A DNA stretch of 64,000 nt from Clostridia bacterium (GTDB taxonomy: Bacteria; Bacillota; Clostridia; TANB77; CAG-508), in NCBI GenBank assembly GCA_017510525.1, contig JAFWNC010000018.1, positions 4,408 through 68,407 of the forward strand, given 5' to 3'. The translations under genes and the position numbers were made by a program. Below are positions 19,559 to 29,437 of the stretch, piece after piece. The notes under the pieces are model-generated. The model was not told the DNA's origin, made no database searches, and saw only the letters and a list, made by a program, of their open reading frames with translations. How positions within the stretch are numbered: position 1 is the stretch's first letter; the number at the start of each line of letters is the position of its first letter.

Positions 19559-21322
19559 CTACTCTTTTGCCAATTCCTCTTCCGATAACTGTGAAAGTGC
19601 AATCTGCCTATAAACCTCACAACTCTTCAATAAATCCTTATGCTTACCAATACCAGCAACCTTACCCTCATCTAAAACGATGATCTGATCACTATTCATA
19701 ATAGTACCAATTCTCTGCCCAACAATTAAAGAAGTAGCATTCTTCGTATACCTCTTAAGCTCATGTCTTAAAACACTATCAGTCTTATAATCCAAAGCCG
19801 AAAAACTGTCATCAAAAATATAAATCTCAGGATCTCTAGCAACAGCCCTAGCAATAGCCAACCTCTGTTTCTGACCACCAGAAACATTAGTACCACCAGA
19901 AGCCATATGAGCCTCATACTCGCCATCCATCTTTTCAACAAACTCAGTAGCTTGGGCAACCCTAACAGCCTCTTTTACCTTATCAATTTCTATTTTACCT
20001 TTACCATTATCACCATAAGAAACATTTGAAGAAACAGTTCCATTAAACATAACCGCTTTCTGAGGAACATAACCAATCTTATTATGTAAAAACTCCTCAT
20101 CATATTCCTTAACATTAACACCATCAACCAAGACTTCGCCATCAGTAGCATCATAGAACCTTGGAACAAGATTAATCAAAGTAGATTTTCCACTACCAGT
20201 AGACCCAATAAAAGCCACAGTCTCGCCTTGGTTAGCTTTAAAAGAAATATTTTTCAATAAATATTCATCACTATCAGGATACTTAAAAGAAACATTTCTA
20301 AACTCAACCGTACCTCTCTCATTAGTAACATCTTCTTTAATCTTTCCATTTTTTATTGTAATTTCAGTATCTAAAACCTCATTGATACGCTTAGCAGAAA
20401 CCTCAACACGAGGATACATCATAAAAATAAATGCAAGCATTAAGAAAGACATTATAACCTGAATAGAATACTGACTAAATACAATCATATTACCAAAAAT
20501 CTCTAACTTATCAGTCATAATAGCATCTCTAATTAAAAACGCACCTATAAAATAAACACCAAGAGAAACCCCATGCATAACCAAATACATTACAGGTTGA
20601 AATATAGAAAACATCTTTTGATTAAATAATTGTTGGTTTGTTAATTTCTCATTAACCTTCTCAAACTTATTTTCTTGATATTTCTCAGCATTAAAAGCCC
20701 TGACAACCCTAATACCAGTTAAATTCTCACGAGTAACCCCATTCATTTTATCAATTAACTTTTGAACAATCTTAAATTTAGGAACAACAATAGCAGTAAT
20801 AGTTATAATAACACTCAATAAAATCACAACGCCCAAACCAGTAACAGCACTCCATTGCCATCCTTTATTTAAAATCTTAGTTATAGCCCAAATAGCCGTA
20901 ACAGGCGCTTTAATCATAAGCTGAAGTCCCATCGCAACAAACATCTGAATTTGAGTAATATCATTAGTAGTTCTAGTAATTAAACTACTAGTAGAAAACT
21001 CCTTAATTTCGTTCATTGAAAGTTCTTCAACCTTGTTAAATAATCTTTTTCTAATTCTCATTGATAAAGTTGCTGACATTTTTGCAGTAAAAAAACCTGT
21101 AACAACAGCAGCAACAACACTACCAAATGCACAAGCAAGCATATAAGCCCCATTTTTCAAAATGTCAATCATTTCACTACCATCACTTTGAACTAAAACA
21201 GTAATTTCAGACATATAATCAGGCATTTTAAGCTCAAGCCATACTTGAACAAGCACTAATCCAAAAACAACTAAAGCAAAAAGCCAACTTTTTTTATCAA
21301 CATTTTTTAACAATTTAAGCAT
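19559..21322 (-). CDS. ABC transporter ATP-binding/permease (type I exporter half, LmrD/YheH-like)
   Basis: TM domain plus Walker A GSTGSGKST, signature SGGQKQR and Walker B IFDDSFS. Pairs with 17328..19373 as a heterodimeric exporter. Confidence 0.85.
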   Translation of the reverse strand: MLKLLKNVDKKSWLFALVVFGLVLVQVWLELKMPDYMSEITVLVQSDGSEMIDILKNGAYMLACAFGSVVAAVVTGFFTAKMSATLSMRIRKRLFNKVEELSMNEIKEFSTSSLITRTTNDITQIQMFVAMGLQLMIKAPVTAIWAITKILNKGWQWSAVTGLGVVILLSVIITITAIVVPKFKIVQKLIDKMNGVTRENLTGIRVVRAFNAEKYQENKFEKVNEKLTNQQLFNQKMFSIFQPVMYLVMHGVSLGVYFIGAFLIRDAIMTDKLEIFGNMIVFSQYSIQVIMSFLMLAFIFMMYPRVEVSAKRINEVLDTEITIKNGKIKEDVTNERGTVEFRNVSFKYPDSDEYLLKNISFKANQGETVAFIGSTGSGKSTLINLVPRFYDATDGEVLVDGVNVKEYDEEFLHNKIGYVPQKAVMFNGTVSSNVSYGDNGKGKIEIDKVKEAVRVAQATEFVEKMDGEYEAHMASGGTNVSGGQKQRLAIARAVARDPEIYIFDDSFSALDYKTDSVLRHELKRYTKNATSLIVGQRIGTIMNSDQIIVLDEGKVAGIGKHKDLLKSCEVYRQIALSQLSEEELAKE

Positions 21323-21391
21323 AAATAAACTCCTTATTTCTATTCTCTAAAATCGTACCTTATATTATATTAATCAACCACCAATTTGTCA

Positions 21392-21426
21392 AATAAAAAA
21401 AAAGAGGTGAATTTTTTCACCTCTTC
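21392..21426 (-). terminator. Hairpin GAGGTGAAttttttCACCTC with A-run/T-run, downstream of rny
   Basis: Read directly. Confidence 0.55.
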
Positions 21427-21430
21427 TCAA

Positions 21431-21465
21431 AACATCGTAGTGGAGATACTCAAGGTTCTCCATAA
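21431..21465. repeat. Module A hairpin variant (CATCGTAGTGGAGATACTCAAGGTTCTCCAT)
   Basis: Same family; near-identical to the 4357 copy. Confidence 0.55.
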
Positions 21466-21468
21466 AAA

Positions 21469-23013
21469 CTACCTTGCATACTTAATAGCTCTAGTCTCTC
21501 TAATAACATTAACCTTAATTTGTCCAGGATATTCCATCTCAGACTCAATCTTCTGAGCAACATCCCTAGCCATAACAACCATTTCACTATCTGAAACCTG
21601 TTCAGGCTTAACAATAAGTCTAATCTCTCTACCAGCTTGAATTGCAAAAGACTTGTCAACACCCTCAAAAGAATCAGCAATCTCTTCTAATTGAGTTAAT
21701 CTCTTGATATAAGTCTCTAAAGTCTCTCTTCTAGCACCAGGTCTAGATGCAGAAATTGCATCAGCAGCTTGTACTAAAACAGCTTCCAAAGACTTAGGTT
21801 CAACATCACCATGATGAGCTTCAACAGCATTGATAACAATATCATTTTCTTTATATTTCTTTAAAATATCAACACCAATCTCAACATGAGTACCTTCCAT
21901 ATCATGGTCAAGAGCTTTACCAATATCATGTAATAAACCAGCTCTTCTAGCAATCTTAGGATTGATTCCAAGTTCCTCAGCCATAATTCTAGCTAAATTA
22001 GAAACCTCAATAGAGTGATTTAAAACATTTTGTCCATAACTAGTTCTATATTTTAGTTTACCAATTAATCTAACAATATCATCTGGAAGACCATTAACAC
22101 CAGTCTCAAGAACAGCTCTTTCACCCTCTTCTTTAATAATAGCCTCAATCTCTTCTTTGGCCTTCTCAACCATTTCCTCGATTTTAGCAGGATGAATTCT
22201 ACCATCTTCTAATAGTTTCTCTAAAGCAATTCTAGCAACCTCTCTTCTTAAAGGATCAAAACCAGAAATAATTACAGCCTCTGGAGTATCATCAATAATT
22301 AAATCAATTCCAGTAAGAGTTTCAAGAGTTTTAATATTTCTACCCTCTCTACCTATAATTCTTCCTTTCATTTCATCATTTGGAAGAGAAACAACTGAAA
22401 CCGTTGTCTCTGAAGTATGATCAGCAGCACACTTCTGAATTGCATAAGAAATAATTTCTTTAGCATTTTTACTAGACTCTTCTTTAGCCTTAGCCTCTAA
22501 ATCTCTAATTAAATTTGCCTTCTCAGTAGTAATTTGTTTTTCTAAGCTATCCAATAATTGTTTTTTAGCTTCCTCAACAGTTAAACCAGATACACGTTGC
22601 AATTCTTCTTGTTCTTTTAGCTTCATATCCTCTAATTCTTGTCTAACTTCATCATTTTCTTGAATTTTTTTATCCAAATCCTTTTCTCTTCTTTCAACAG
22701 AATCGATTCTTTTCTCAAGATTTTCCTCTTTTTGCATCATTCTCTTTTCTTGAATTTGGATTTCACTTCTTCTCTCTTTAATCTCTTGATCTAATTCATT
22801 TCTAAGTTGCATCATTTCTTCTCTAGCCTTAAAAATTTCTTCCCTTTTAGTATTTTCAGCTTCTATCTTAACATTTTCAAGTAATCTTTTTGCTTCATTC
22901 TCAGCGCTTTGAATTTTTGACTCAGCGATTTTCTTTCTAATAGCAACACCAACAGGTATGAAAATAGCTGCCGAGATTAAAAGAGTAATTACAACTATAA
23001 GTACTTCACTCAT
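21469..23013 (-). CDS. rny: Ribonuclease Y (N-terminal TM, coiled-coil, KH and HD domains)
   Basis: 514 aa. KH ([12 protein letters not shown]) and HD (HSIEV...LLHDIGK) motifs; C-terminus [14 protein letters not shown] is typical of RNase Y. Confidence 0.9.
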   Translation of the reverse strand: MSEVLIVVITLLISAAIFIPVGVAIRKKIAESKIQSAENEAKRLLENVKIEAENTKREEIFKAREEMMQLRNELDQEIKERRSEIQIQEKRMMQKEENLEKRIDSVERREKDLDKKIQENDEVRQELEDMKLKEQEELQRVSGLTVEEAKKQLLDSLEKQITTEKANLIRDLEAKAKEESSKNAKEIISYAIQKCAADHTSETTVSVVSLPNDEMKGRIIGREGRNIKTLETLTGIDLIIDDTPEAVIISGFDPLRREVARIALEKLLEDGRIHPAKIEEMVEKAKEEIEAIIKEEGERAVLETGVNGLPDDIVRLIGKLKYRTSYGQNVLNHSIEVSNLARIMAEELGINPKIARRAGLLHDIGKALDHDMEGTHVEIGVDILKKYKENDIVINAVEAHHGDVEPKSLEAVLVQAADAISASRPGARRETLETYIKRLTQLEEIADSFEGVDKSFAIQAGREIRLIVKPEQVSDSEMVVMARDVAQKIESEMEYPGQIKVNVIRETRAIKYAR

Positions 23014-23149
23014 AACTAATCTACCTCTTTTCTATTCAATTTTCAATGTTCATCAAATATATCTAAATTTTATATTCAACATTACACATCTATTTTATAT
23101 GTAATCTAAAAAAAAGTCAACCCCTCAACATATATCTTTTTATTATTGA

Positions 23150-23292
23150 ATTGTAGGGGCGGAGCTTGTCCCCGCCCATTTTTATATCTTTTTTTCACAT
23201 CAAAAAAATAATATTTGTAGGGGCGACCATTAGTCGCCCATCTCCTTGACCTACCACATATATTCGTAGCGGAGAACTAAAGTTCTCCATAA
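23150..23292. repeat. Composite repeat: C-like hairpin (GGGGCGGAGCTTGTCCCCGCCC), module B (GTAGGGGCGACCATTAGTCGCCC), tail (ATCTCCTTGACCTACC) and module A (TTCGTAGCGGAGAACTAAAGTTCTCCAT)
   Basis: Lies between the rny start and the rnpB 3' end. Confidence 0.7.
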
Positions 23293-23334
23293 AAAAACAC
23301 CCAGAAAAGATTTCCCTTTTCCAGGTGATATTAA

Positions 23335-23688
23335 AATAAGTAAGTCTATAAGCCGGGTTCTGTCTTAAATAGCCATTTATCTAGGATATATATTACTATA
23401 TACCTCAAGCCACTCAAAAACATTCAAAGAAGTGACGAGCAGTCATACTCCCCTTTGTGTTTAAGGTGTTGCTCCAGGTGGGGTTTACACGAACAAGGAA
23501 TGTCACCATTCCTCCGGTGAGCTCTTACCTCACCTTTTCACCCTTACCAAAACGGCGGTTATTTTCTGTTGCACTTTCCTTAAGGTCACCCTCACTGGAC
23601 GTTATCCAGCACCATTGCTCTATGGAGCCCGGACTTTCCTCCCGCGAACCCTTTCGGAATTCGCCAGCGACTATTCGGCTTACTCTAA
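23335..23688 (-). ncRNA. rnpB: RNase P RNA, bacterial type A architecture
   Basis: The minus strand contains GGAGGAAAGUCCGGGCUCCAUAGAGCA, AGUGCAACAGAAAAUAACCGCCG, GGUAAGGGUGAAAAGGUGAGGUAAGAGCUCACC, GUAAACCCCACCUGGAGCAA and ACAGAACCCGGCUUA, in the order and spacing of E. coli M1 RNA. P1 pairs AGAGUAAGCC with GACUUACUU. Ends are within about 5 nt. Confidence 0.85.
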
Positions 23689-23737
23689 TATCTATTTTAA
23701 GAGCATTTTTCAAATTTGTCAAGCAAATACATATTCT

Positions 23738-23844
23738 AATCCAATATATACCAACTTTTTAGTGTGTCAAGGTGTTTTTCGACGTAGTCGAAAAATAGCA
23801 GAGCGTCCGCAGACTAAACTAAAAAGTTGGTATATATCGGATTG
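23738..23844. repeat. Family D structured element, copy D2. Outer stem AATCCAATATATACCAACTTTTTAGT / ACTAAAAAGTTGGTATATATCGGATTG covaries relative to the other copies.
   Basis: Core CAAGGTGTTTTTCGACGTAGTCGAAAAATAGCAGAGCGTCCGCAG. Located 50 nt upstream of the rnpB 5' end. Confidence 0.6.
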
Positions 23845-23909
23845 ATTTTTTCTCTTCTTAAATCAATACAAAAGAGGCTTGAAAAATTTTCAAGCCCCGC
23901 CACTACTTA

Positions 23910-24173
23910 CTATTTTCTTGACTCAATAATCAACTTAATTCCAGTCCTATCCTCGCCCTCAACTTGAACCTCTGCGAAAGCTGGAATACAAATTAAATCA
24001 ACACCAGATGGTGCAACAAAACCTCTCGCTATTGCAACCGCTTTAATTGCCTGATTTAATGCTCCTGCTCCAATTGCCTGCATTTCTGCCTTTGTAGTTT
24101 CCTTTACCAATCCAGCTATAGCACCAGCCACTGAATTTGGATTTGATTTTGATGAAATTTTTAAAACTTCCAT
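23910..24173 (-). CDS. spoVS: Stage V sporulation protein S
   Basis: 86-aa product MEVLKISSKSNPNSVAGAIAGLV...IKAVAIARGF; high identity to the SpoVS family. Confidence 0.9.
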   Translation of the reverse strand: MEVLKISSKSNPNSVAGAIAGLVKETTKAEMQAIGAGALNQAIKAVAIARGFVAPSGVDLICIPAFAEVQVEGEDRTGIKLIIESRK

Positions 24174-24305
24174 TTCTTGCCTCCTAAATTTTTATTTTTT
24201 GTTTTCAACATTACCTTTTATATAATATTTTCAGAATAATGTCTAGTAGTTTTTGGTAATTTATGGAAGTTTCGTTCGTCTATAAAATACAATATTCGAC
24301 AGTAT

Positions 24306-25070
24306 TTATAAGTTTACTCTTTCAATCTTTTCCATCTTACAATTTTCATCATTTATTTCAAATATACAACCATTAATACAAGCTGGACCTTCTGCATATT
24401 TATATCTTTCAGGTATACTTGTAATAAACCTTTTTAAAGAAACCTCAATATCCATTCCAATAACAGAATTAACTGGACCAGTCATACCAATATCAGTAAT
24501 ATAGCCAGTTCCCTTATCTAAAATCTTTTCATCAGCAGTCTGAACATGAGTATGAGTTCCATAAATACAAGTAACCCTACCATCTAAATATCTAGCCATT
24601 GCAATCTTCTCAGCAGTAGCCTCAGCATGAAAATCAACAATAATAATATCAGCCTCAACCTTTTTTAAAATTCTATCAATACACTCAAAAGGATTATTAG
24701 AAAGAACACTCATAAAAGTCCTTCCAATAAGACTTATAACACAAATCTTTTTACCATTTTTCTTAAAAATACTATAACCCTTTCCAGGAACCTTTTCACC
24801 CAAATTAGCAGGCCTTAAAAGAGTATCTTCATCAATAAAACCAAAAATATCCTTTTTGCCCCATGTATGATCACCCATAGTAATAACATCAGCACCACTA
24901 GCCAAAATATCTTTATATTGCTTATCAGTAATACCAAAACCATCACCAGCATTCTCACCATTAACAATAACAAAATCTATTACTTTATCTTTAATAATTT
25001 TAGGCAAATCACTAGAAAGTCTCTTAACACCAGTCTTACCAATAACATCACCAATAGCTAAAACCTTCAT
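24306..25070 (-). CDS. ymdB: YmdB-family metallophosphoesterase (2',3'-cyclic-nucleotide 2'-phosphodiesterase, TIGR00282)
   Basis: MKVLAIGDVIGKTG...GENAGDGFGIT...TMGDHTW...DFHAEAT...THTHVQTAD motifs. AAAGGAGA RBS before ATG 25068-25070. Linked to rny and spoVS as in Bacillus. Confidence 0.85.
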   Translation of the reverse strand: MKVLAIGDVIGKTGVKRLSSDLPKIIKDKVIDFVIVNGENAGDGFGITDKQYKDILASGADVITMGDHTWGKKDIFGFIDEDTLLRPANLGEKVPGKGYSIFKKNGKKICVISLIGRTFMSVLSNNPFECIDRILKKVEADIIIVDFHAEATAEKIAMARYLDGRVTCIYGTHTHVQTADEKILDKGTGYITDIGMTGPVNSVIGMDIEVSLKRFITSIPERYKYAEGPACINGCIFEINDENCKMEKIERVNL

Positions 25071-25147
25071 ATTTCCTGTCTCCTTTAATTTCACAATATA
25101 TTAATATTATAATAACAACTCACCAAAAAATCAACCATAATTTTCAC

Positions 25148-25200
25148 AAACAAAAAGAACCCTTACCAAATGTTATAATCTTGAAAACATTTGATAAGGC
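25148..25200 (-). terminator. Hairpin CCTTACCAAATGTT...AACATTTGATAAGG followed by a T-rich run on the minus strand, downstream of pilin-like paralog 3
   Basis: Read directly. Confidence 0.55.
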
Positions 25201-25239
25201 TCCCTATTTGTTATTATGTCATTCATCCCCACTCCTATA

Positions 25240-25300
25240 GACATGGAAACCCGCCCTTACAGGCCGTAGCGGAGCACTACAGTGCTCCCTTCTCCTTGCC
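25240..25300. repeat. Half module C (CATGGAAACCCGCCC), module A (CGTAGCGGAGCACTACAGTGCTCC) and CTCCTTG tail
   Basis: Same family. Confidence 0.6.
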
Positions 25301-25305
25301 TAACT

Positions 25306-26625
25306 TTATTGTAACTCGTATACTCCATCTTCATCCGTACCAGCTAGACTAACTCCAGATTTTAAGCAAACTAGCGGACGGAACCCATATTTACTGGATT
25401 TAAAGGTGCCAACTGCCACAGTACCTCCAAAATGTGCACTTATCAAGCTGCTCGTAAAAACATTAGAATTTGAAGCAAGCCACATAGCATCCGAGACTCT
25501 TTCAGAGTTATCTATAAAATATAAATTATCATCTTCTGTACTAAACCCTGAAACACGTGCCTCAAAAGAACCTGAACCTCTTGATGTAAAATATCCGTAA
25601 CTATTGTTTTCATTATAATTCATTTTTACTTCTGTATCAAAATTTGTATCGTTTGCATGTTTTGCATTATATGAGGCTGAAAATTGCTCTAGTGTTGGTC
25701 CTCCTACTACATAGTTGATTTTATTAGTATATGTACTAGGTATATAATCTGTTGTCCATTTACTTGTCCATGCTGTTGTATCTAACATATATGCTACAGC
25801 TTTTATATGATTATATCCTTTTTGAGTATCACTTAAATCCGTTCTATTTGCCCATTTGTTATAATTTGAACTTAATAACGAATTTCCTGATATATCTATT
25901 GCCCCATTATAATCTGCTAATAAATCATTATTCCAATACGCTTTATAACTTCCATCAGCTGTTAGACTGTGTTTCGTCGTTCTGCCTTCCACTTTTGGTT
26001 CACTTTGTGGACACATACTGTTTGGTATATAATCTGCTGCAATCAAATACACATTACTTTCATCGTTTAAAAATATTCTAAAATCATTTGTAGTATCACT
26101 ATCTCCGTTTATATCTACACCTATATCTACGTAATCTCCATAATTATCTGTTGTTATTGTTACTGTCGATGAAGGTGATGGAGATGGTGATACATCTGGA
26201 GTCGTTGTTTCTCCTCCTGTAACTTCACTATTTCCATCATTCCATAATATATGTCCATTAGGTTCAATCATTCCTGAAGTTCTTATTCCGTCTTTTTCTG
26301 CTGTTATTGTCATTTTTTCTGAATCTGCCTCTATTTCTATTCCGTTTATCGTTTTTCCGTCTATTTGTGTCGCTACATACTCTCCTGCACTTCCTGTTAC
26401 CTCTCCGCTATCCTTAGTATGATATTCTGCCACTAAATCAGCTGCCTCTAAATCAACCTCTTCCTGAATCTTCTTAATATTTGTCGTATCCTTTGCCTCT
26501 CTTGACCTTGATAAAATACCATTATCGCCAACAACCATTGCAATAGTGACACCAGCAAGTATCAATAAAACAATAATTGTGATAACAAGAGCTATTAAAG
26601 TAATACCCTTTTGTTTTTTCAACAT
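25306..26625 (-). CDS. Pilin-like N-terminus surface protein, paralog 3 (no LRR; Pro/Ser/Thr linker and divergent C-terminal domain)
   Basis: N-terminal 50 aa (KGITLIALVITIIVLLILAGVTIAMVVGDNGILSRSREAKDTTNIKKIQEE) nearly identical to 8458..9972 and 15103..16797. Linker PSPSPSSTVTITT. Confidence 0.5.
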   Translation of the reverse strand: MLKKQKGITLIALVITIIVLLILAGVTIAMVVGDNGILSRSREAKDTTNIKKIQEEVDLEAADLVAEYHTKDSGEVTGSAGEYVATQIDGKTINGIEIEADSEKMTITAEKDGIRTSGMIEPNGHILWNDGNSEVTGGETTTPDVSPSPSPSSTVTITTDNYGDYVDIGVDINGDSDTTNDFRIFLNDESNVYLIAADYIPNSMCPQSEPKVEGRTTKHSLTADGSYKAYWNNDLLADYNGAIDISGNSLLSSNYNKWANRTDLSDTQKGYNHIKAVAYMLDTTAWTSKWTTDYIPSTYTNKINYVVGGPTLEQFSASYNAKHANDTNFDTEVKMNYNENNSYGYFTSRGSGSFEARVSGFSTEDDNLYFIDNSERVSDAMWLASNSNVFTSSLISAHFGGTVAVGTFKSSKYGFRPLVCLKSGVSLAGTDEDGVYELQ

Positions 26626-26684
26626 CTTTTAATCCTCCTTTAATTTTATATTTATATTATTTTTTATAATATAACCAAATCCTA

Positions 26685-26800
26685 CCCAGCTTTGCGGGTC
26701 TCGGGAAGCTACTAGCTTCCCCTACATCTTTTGCAATATGTATTCGTAGCGGAGCTACTTAAGTGCTCCATACCTCCAACGGCATACCCTATACAATAAA
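26685..26800. repeat. Composite repeat: hairpin GGGAAGCTACTAGCTTCCC flanked by CCTACCC/CCCCTAC, module A (TTCGTAGCGGAGCTACTTAAGTGCTCCAT) and tail (CCTCCAACGGCATACCCTATAC)
   Basis: Same family; first element of the 835-bp intergenic region upstream of paralog 3. Confidence 0.6.
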
Positions 26801-26850
26801 TTCTCATATTTGAAATTATATATTATTTTTCTTACATGCCCCATATTGTA

Positions 26851-26960
26851 AAATTGAAATATAGAATTTTGAAGCGTGGCAAGGTGTTTTTACCACCGCA
26901 GGTGGTGAAAATAGCAGAGCGTCCGCAGCCTAAGCTGAGAAATTGCTATATTTCAATTTG
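26851..26960. repeat. Family D structured element, copy D3. Inner hairpin ACCACCGCAGGTGGT replaces the CGACATTGTCG of D1.
   Basis: Core GCAAGGTGTTTTT...AAAATAGCAGAGCGTCCGCAG. Outer arms AAATTGAAATATAGAATTTTGAAGCGTGGC / GCCTAAGCTGAGAAATTGCTATATTTCAATTTG. Confidence 0.6.
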
Positions 26961-27097
26961 TAATAAAACAAATATAGAAAAATAATATATAATTTTAAAT
27001 CAACCTACACGCCAAAAAAGCCCATGGCTTTTTACTACTACACAGCATAAAAAACCATAGACTCTCCCTTTATGTTAAATAATTTTTTTTAATTATC

Positions 27098-27120
27098 CCG
27101 ATATATATATATATATATAT
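27098..27120. repeat. (TA)11 dinucleotide microsatellite
   Basis: gATATATATATATATATATATAcg read directly, in the long intergenic region upstream of pilin-like paralog 3. Confidence 0.8.
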
Positions 27121-27247
27121 ACGCTCTCAAGGCTTTCAAGCTTTTCATCTTTTAAAAATTCTCCTCTTTTGTTTCTCTCACACATAAATTTTACACATAA
27201 TAAAAACAAAAGTCAATACAAATAAAACTTTTTTGTCAATGTATAGA

Positions 27248-27392
27248 CTTGAGGAACGTCCGGGTCTGCTGAAAAAGTGCCTTTTCTGTTTATGGGGAAC
27301 TCTAGTTCTCCGCTACAACTAGCATTAATTCGTAGCGGACAACTAAAGTTGTCCATAAAATTATTGCCTTTTCAGCGGTCCCGGAAGTCCAT
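27248..27392. repeat. Nested inverted-repeat composite: outer arms GGAACGTCCGGGTCTGCTGAAAAAG / CTTTTCAGCGGTCCCGGAAGTCC enclose two module A copies in inverted orientation
   Basis: GGGGAACTCTAGTTCTCCGCTACAA (reverse) and TTCGTAGCGGACAACTAAAGTTGTCCAT (forward). Predicted stem-loop/cruciform of about 140 nt. Confidence 0.6.
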
Positions 27393-27461
27393 TAAAAGTC
27401 TAACTCCTTTGGTCGAGAGGGATGGTTCCTTTTGGCAGATTTCATCCCTTAATCATCATTC

Positions 27462-28331
27462 TCATTTTCTCTCTTCCAATGCTTTCACTATGTCCTTAGA
27501 ACATGTAAGTATCGGTGCACCTTCTTTAATTAATTTATTAGTTCCAATTGATGTATAACTTGTTAAATTTCCAGGAACAACAAAAACATCTCTTCCTTGT
27601 TCTAAAGCCAAATCTGCAGTAATTAAACTTCCACTTCTAGCTCCAGCTTCAACAACAATAGTAATATCAGATAATCCACTTATAATTCTATTTCTCATAG
27701 GAAAAAAAGTTTTATCTGGCCTTACGCCTGGACAATACTCAGAAACAACCAAACCACCATTTTTTATTATATTATTATAAATCCCCTCATTTTCATAAGG
27801 ATAAACAAAATCAATTCCAGAACCCAAAACAGCAATAGTCTTACAATTAGTTTTAATAGCACCTAAATGAGAATAAGTATCAATTCCCCTAGCCATACCA
27901 CTTACAATAACAACATCCTTTTTAGATATATTATACGCTAATCTATATGAAACATCTTTCCCATACTCAGAACAATTTCTACATCCTACAATTGAAACAA
28001 TTTTATCACTATTTAACAAATCAATATTCCCTCTAGTATATAAAACAACAGGAAAGCCATAAATATTTTTGAGCCTTTCAGGATATCTCTTATCCAAAAA
28101 ACAAATAACCTCAATGCCCTTCTCTTTAATAACCTTAAGAATCTCATCAACAGATAACCTTTTACCCTTATCCAATACTTCATTTCTAATACACTCCGGA
28201 AAACCTTTTAAATCCTTCTCATTCGAAAAATAAATCCTATCTGGACCACCAAACCTCTCCAGTAAAAACATCTTATCACTAGGCGTTAAACGCAAAAAAG
28301 AGAGCCAAACCCAGAACCTTAAATCACACAT
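27462..28331 (-). CDS. dprA: DNA-processing protein DprA (Smf)
   Basis: Rossmann-like DprA core (IVSGMARGIDTYSHLGAI...AVLGSGIDFVYP...GGLVVSEY...RNRIISGLS...VVEAGARSGSLITA). GGAGG RBS before ATG 28329-28331. Confidence 0.85.
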   Translation of the reverse strand: MCDLRFWVWLSFLRLTPSDKMFLLERFGGPDRIYFSNEKDLKGFPECIRNEVLDKGKRLSVDEILKVIKEKGIEVICFLDKRYPERLKNIYGFPVVLYTRGNIDLLNSDKIVSIVGCRNCSEYGKDVSYRLAYNISKKDVVIVSGMARGIDTYSHLGAIKTNCKTIAVLGSGIDFVYPYENEGIYNNIIKNGGLVVSEYCPGVRPDKTFFPMRNRIISGLSDITIVVEAGARSGSLITADLALEQGRDVFVVPGNLTSYTSIGTNKLIKEGAPILTCSKDIVKALEERK

Positions 28332-28569
28332 AATTTAAACCTCCAAATAATAGCCCCCATATTTTATTTTTAAAAAATAAATACTAAACAAAAATTATAT
28401 ATTAATTTTCTGAAATCCCCGCGCAGCGACCAAACGAGATTCGTCAGAATCGAGTGCTACCTCCGCAGCCCTATCAGATAAAATACTTAAATTTTCAATT
28501 TATTGAAAATTTGTAGAATAAGGGCTGTGACAGCAAGGGGTAAAGATAATTCATATATAATTTTTAATA

Positions 28570-29412
28570 CTATAATTTATTTTTTGCCGCCTTAACCACA
28601 TTATTCATAAGCATAGCAATCGTCATAGGCCCAACCCCACCTGGAACAGGTGAAATAAAAGACGCCTTTTTACTTACATTTTCAAAATCAACATCGCCCT
28701 TAATTTTACCATCTTCAGTTCTATTAATACCTACATCCACAACTACAACACCATCTTTAACCATATCAGCCTTCAAGAATTCAGTTTTACCAATAGCCGA
28801 AACAATAATATCAGCCTGCTTTGTAATTTCTGAAATATTCTTAGTTCTCGAATGACAAACAGTTACAGTAGCATTTTTATTTAATAAACACTGTACCATA
28901 GGTTTACCTACAATATTACTTCTACCTAAAACAACAGCATTTTTACCTTCTAATTCAACATTATACTCTTCTAAAAGCTTAATAACGCCAAGAGGAGTAC
29001 AAGAAATAAAAGAATCTTGTCCAATACTTAATTTACCTACATTTACTGGATTAAACCCATCAACATCTTTCATTGGATCAATCTTTTGAAAAGCCTCATT
29101 AATATCCAAATTGTCAGGAATTGGACTTTGAAGCAATATTCCATGAATATCTTTTTTATTATTTAAAGAATCAATTAAATCAAGTAATTTCTCTTGAGTA
29201 ATATTATCATCTAATAAATATTCTTCAAAATCTATTCCACAATCCTCACAAGCCTTACTCTTATTTCTTACATAAATCTTAGAAGCAGGATTATCTCCAA
29301 CCATTATAACAGCAAGCTTTGGAAGAATTCCTTGTTTTTTTAGTTCTTCAACTTCTACTTTCAAGCCTTCTCTAATCTTTTTTGCAGTTTGTTTTCCATC
29401 TAAAATCTCCAT
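28570..29412 (-). CDS. folD: Bifunctional methylenetetrahydrofolate dehydrogenase/methenyl-THF cyclohydrolase
   Basis: 280 aa. Motifs YVRNKSKACEDCGI...GILLQSPIP...GFNPVNVGKL...PCTPLG...VVLGRSNIVGKPM...PGGVGPMT. Confidence 0.9.
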   Translation of the reverse strand: MEILDGKQTAKKIREGLKVEVEELKKQGILPKLAVIMVGDNPASKIYVRNKSKACEDCGIDFEEYLLDDNITQEKLLDLIDSLNNKKDIHGILLQSPIPDNLDINEAFQKIDPMKDVDGFNPVNVGKLSIGQDSFISCTPLGVIKLLEEYNVELEGKNAVVLGRSNIVGKPMVQCLLNKNATVTVCHSRTKNISEITKQADIIVSAIGKTEFLKADMVKDGVVVVDVGINRTEDGKIKGDVDFENVSKKASFISPVPGGVGPMTIAMLMNNVVKAAKNKL

Positions 29413-29437
29413 ATAACATTCTCCTTCGTTTAATTAT

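Noticed and set aside
23457-23845. Three ORF-track entries (23457..23762 +, 23525..23722 -, 23615..23845 +) in the GC-richer island
   Set aside because: They overlap the RNase P RNA gene and family D copy D2. The GC-rich structured RNA creates spurious open frames, and there is no RBS or homology.
27250-27392. Possible SRP (4.5S/scRNA) or other small RNA suggested by GUCCCGGAAG / GUCCGGGUCUGCUG segments
   Set aside because: It does not match the SRP domain IV consensus (GGUCCGGAAGGAAGCAGC). The segments are the two arms of a nested inverted repeat enclosing module A hairpins, so it is treated as a repeat composite.
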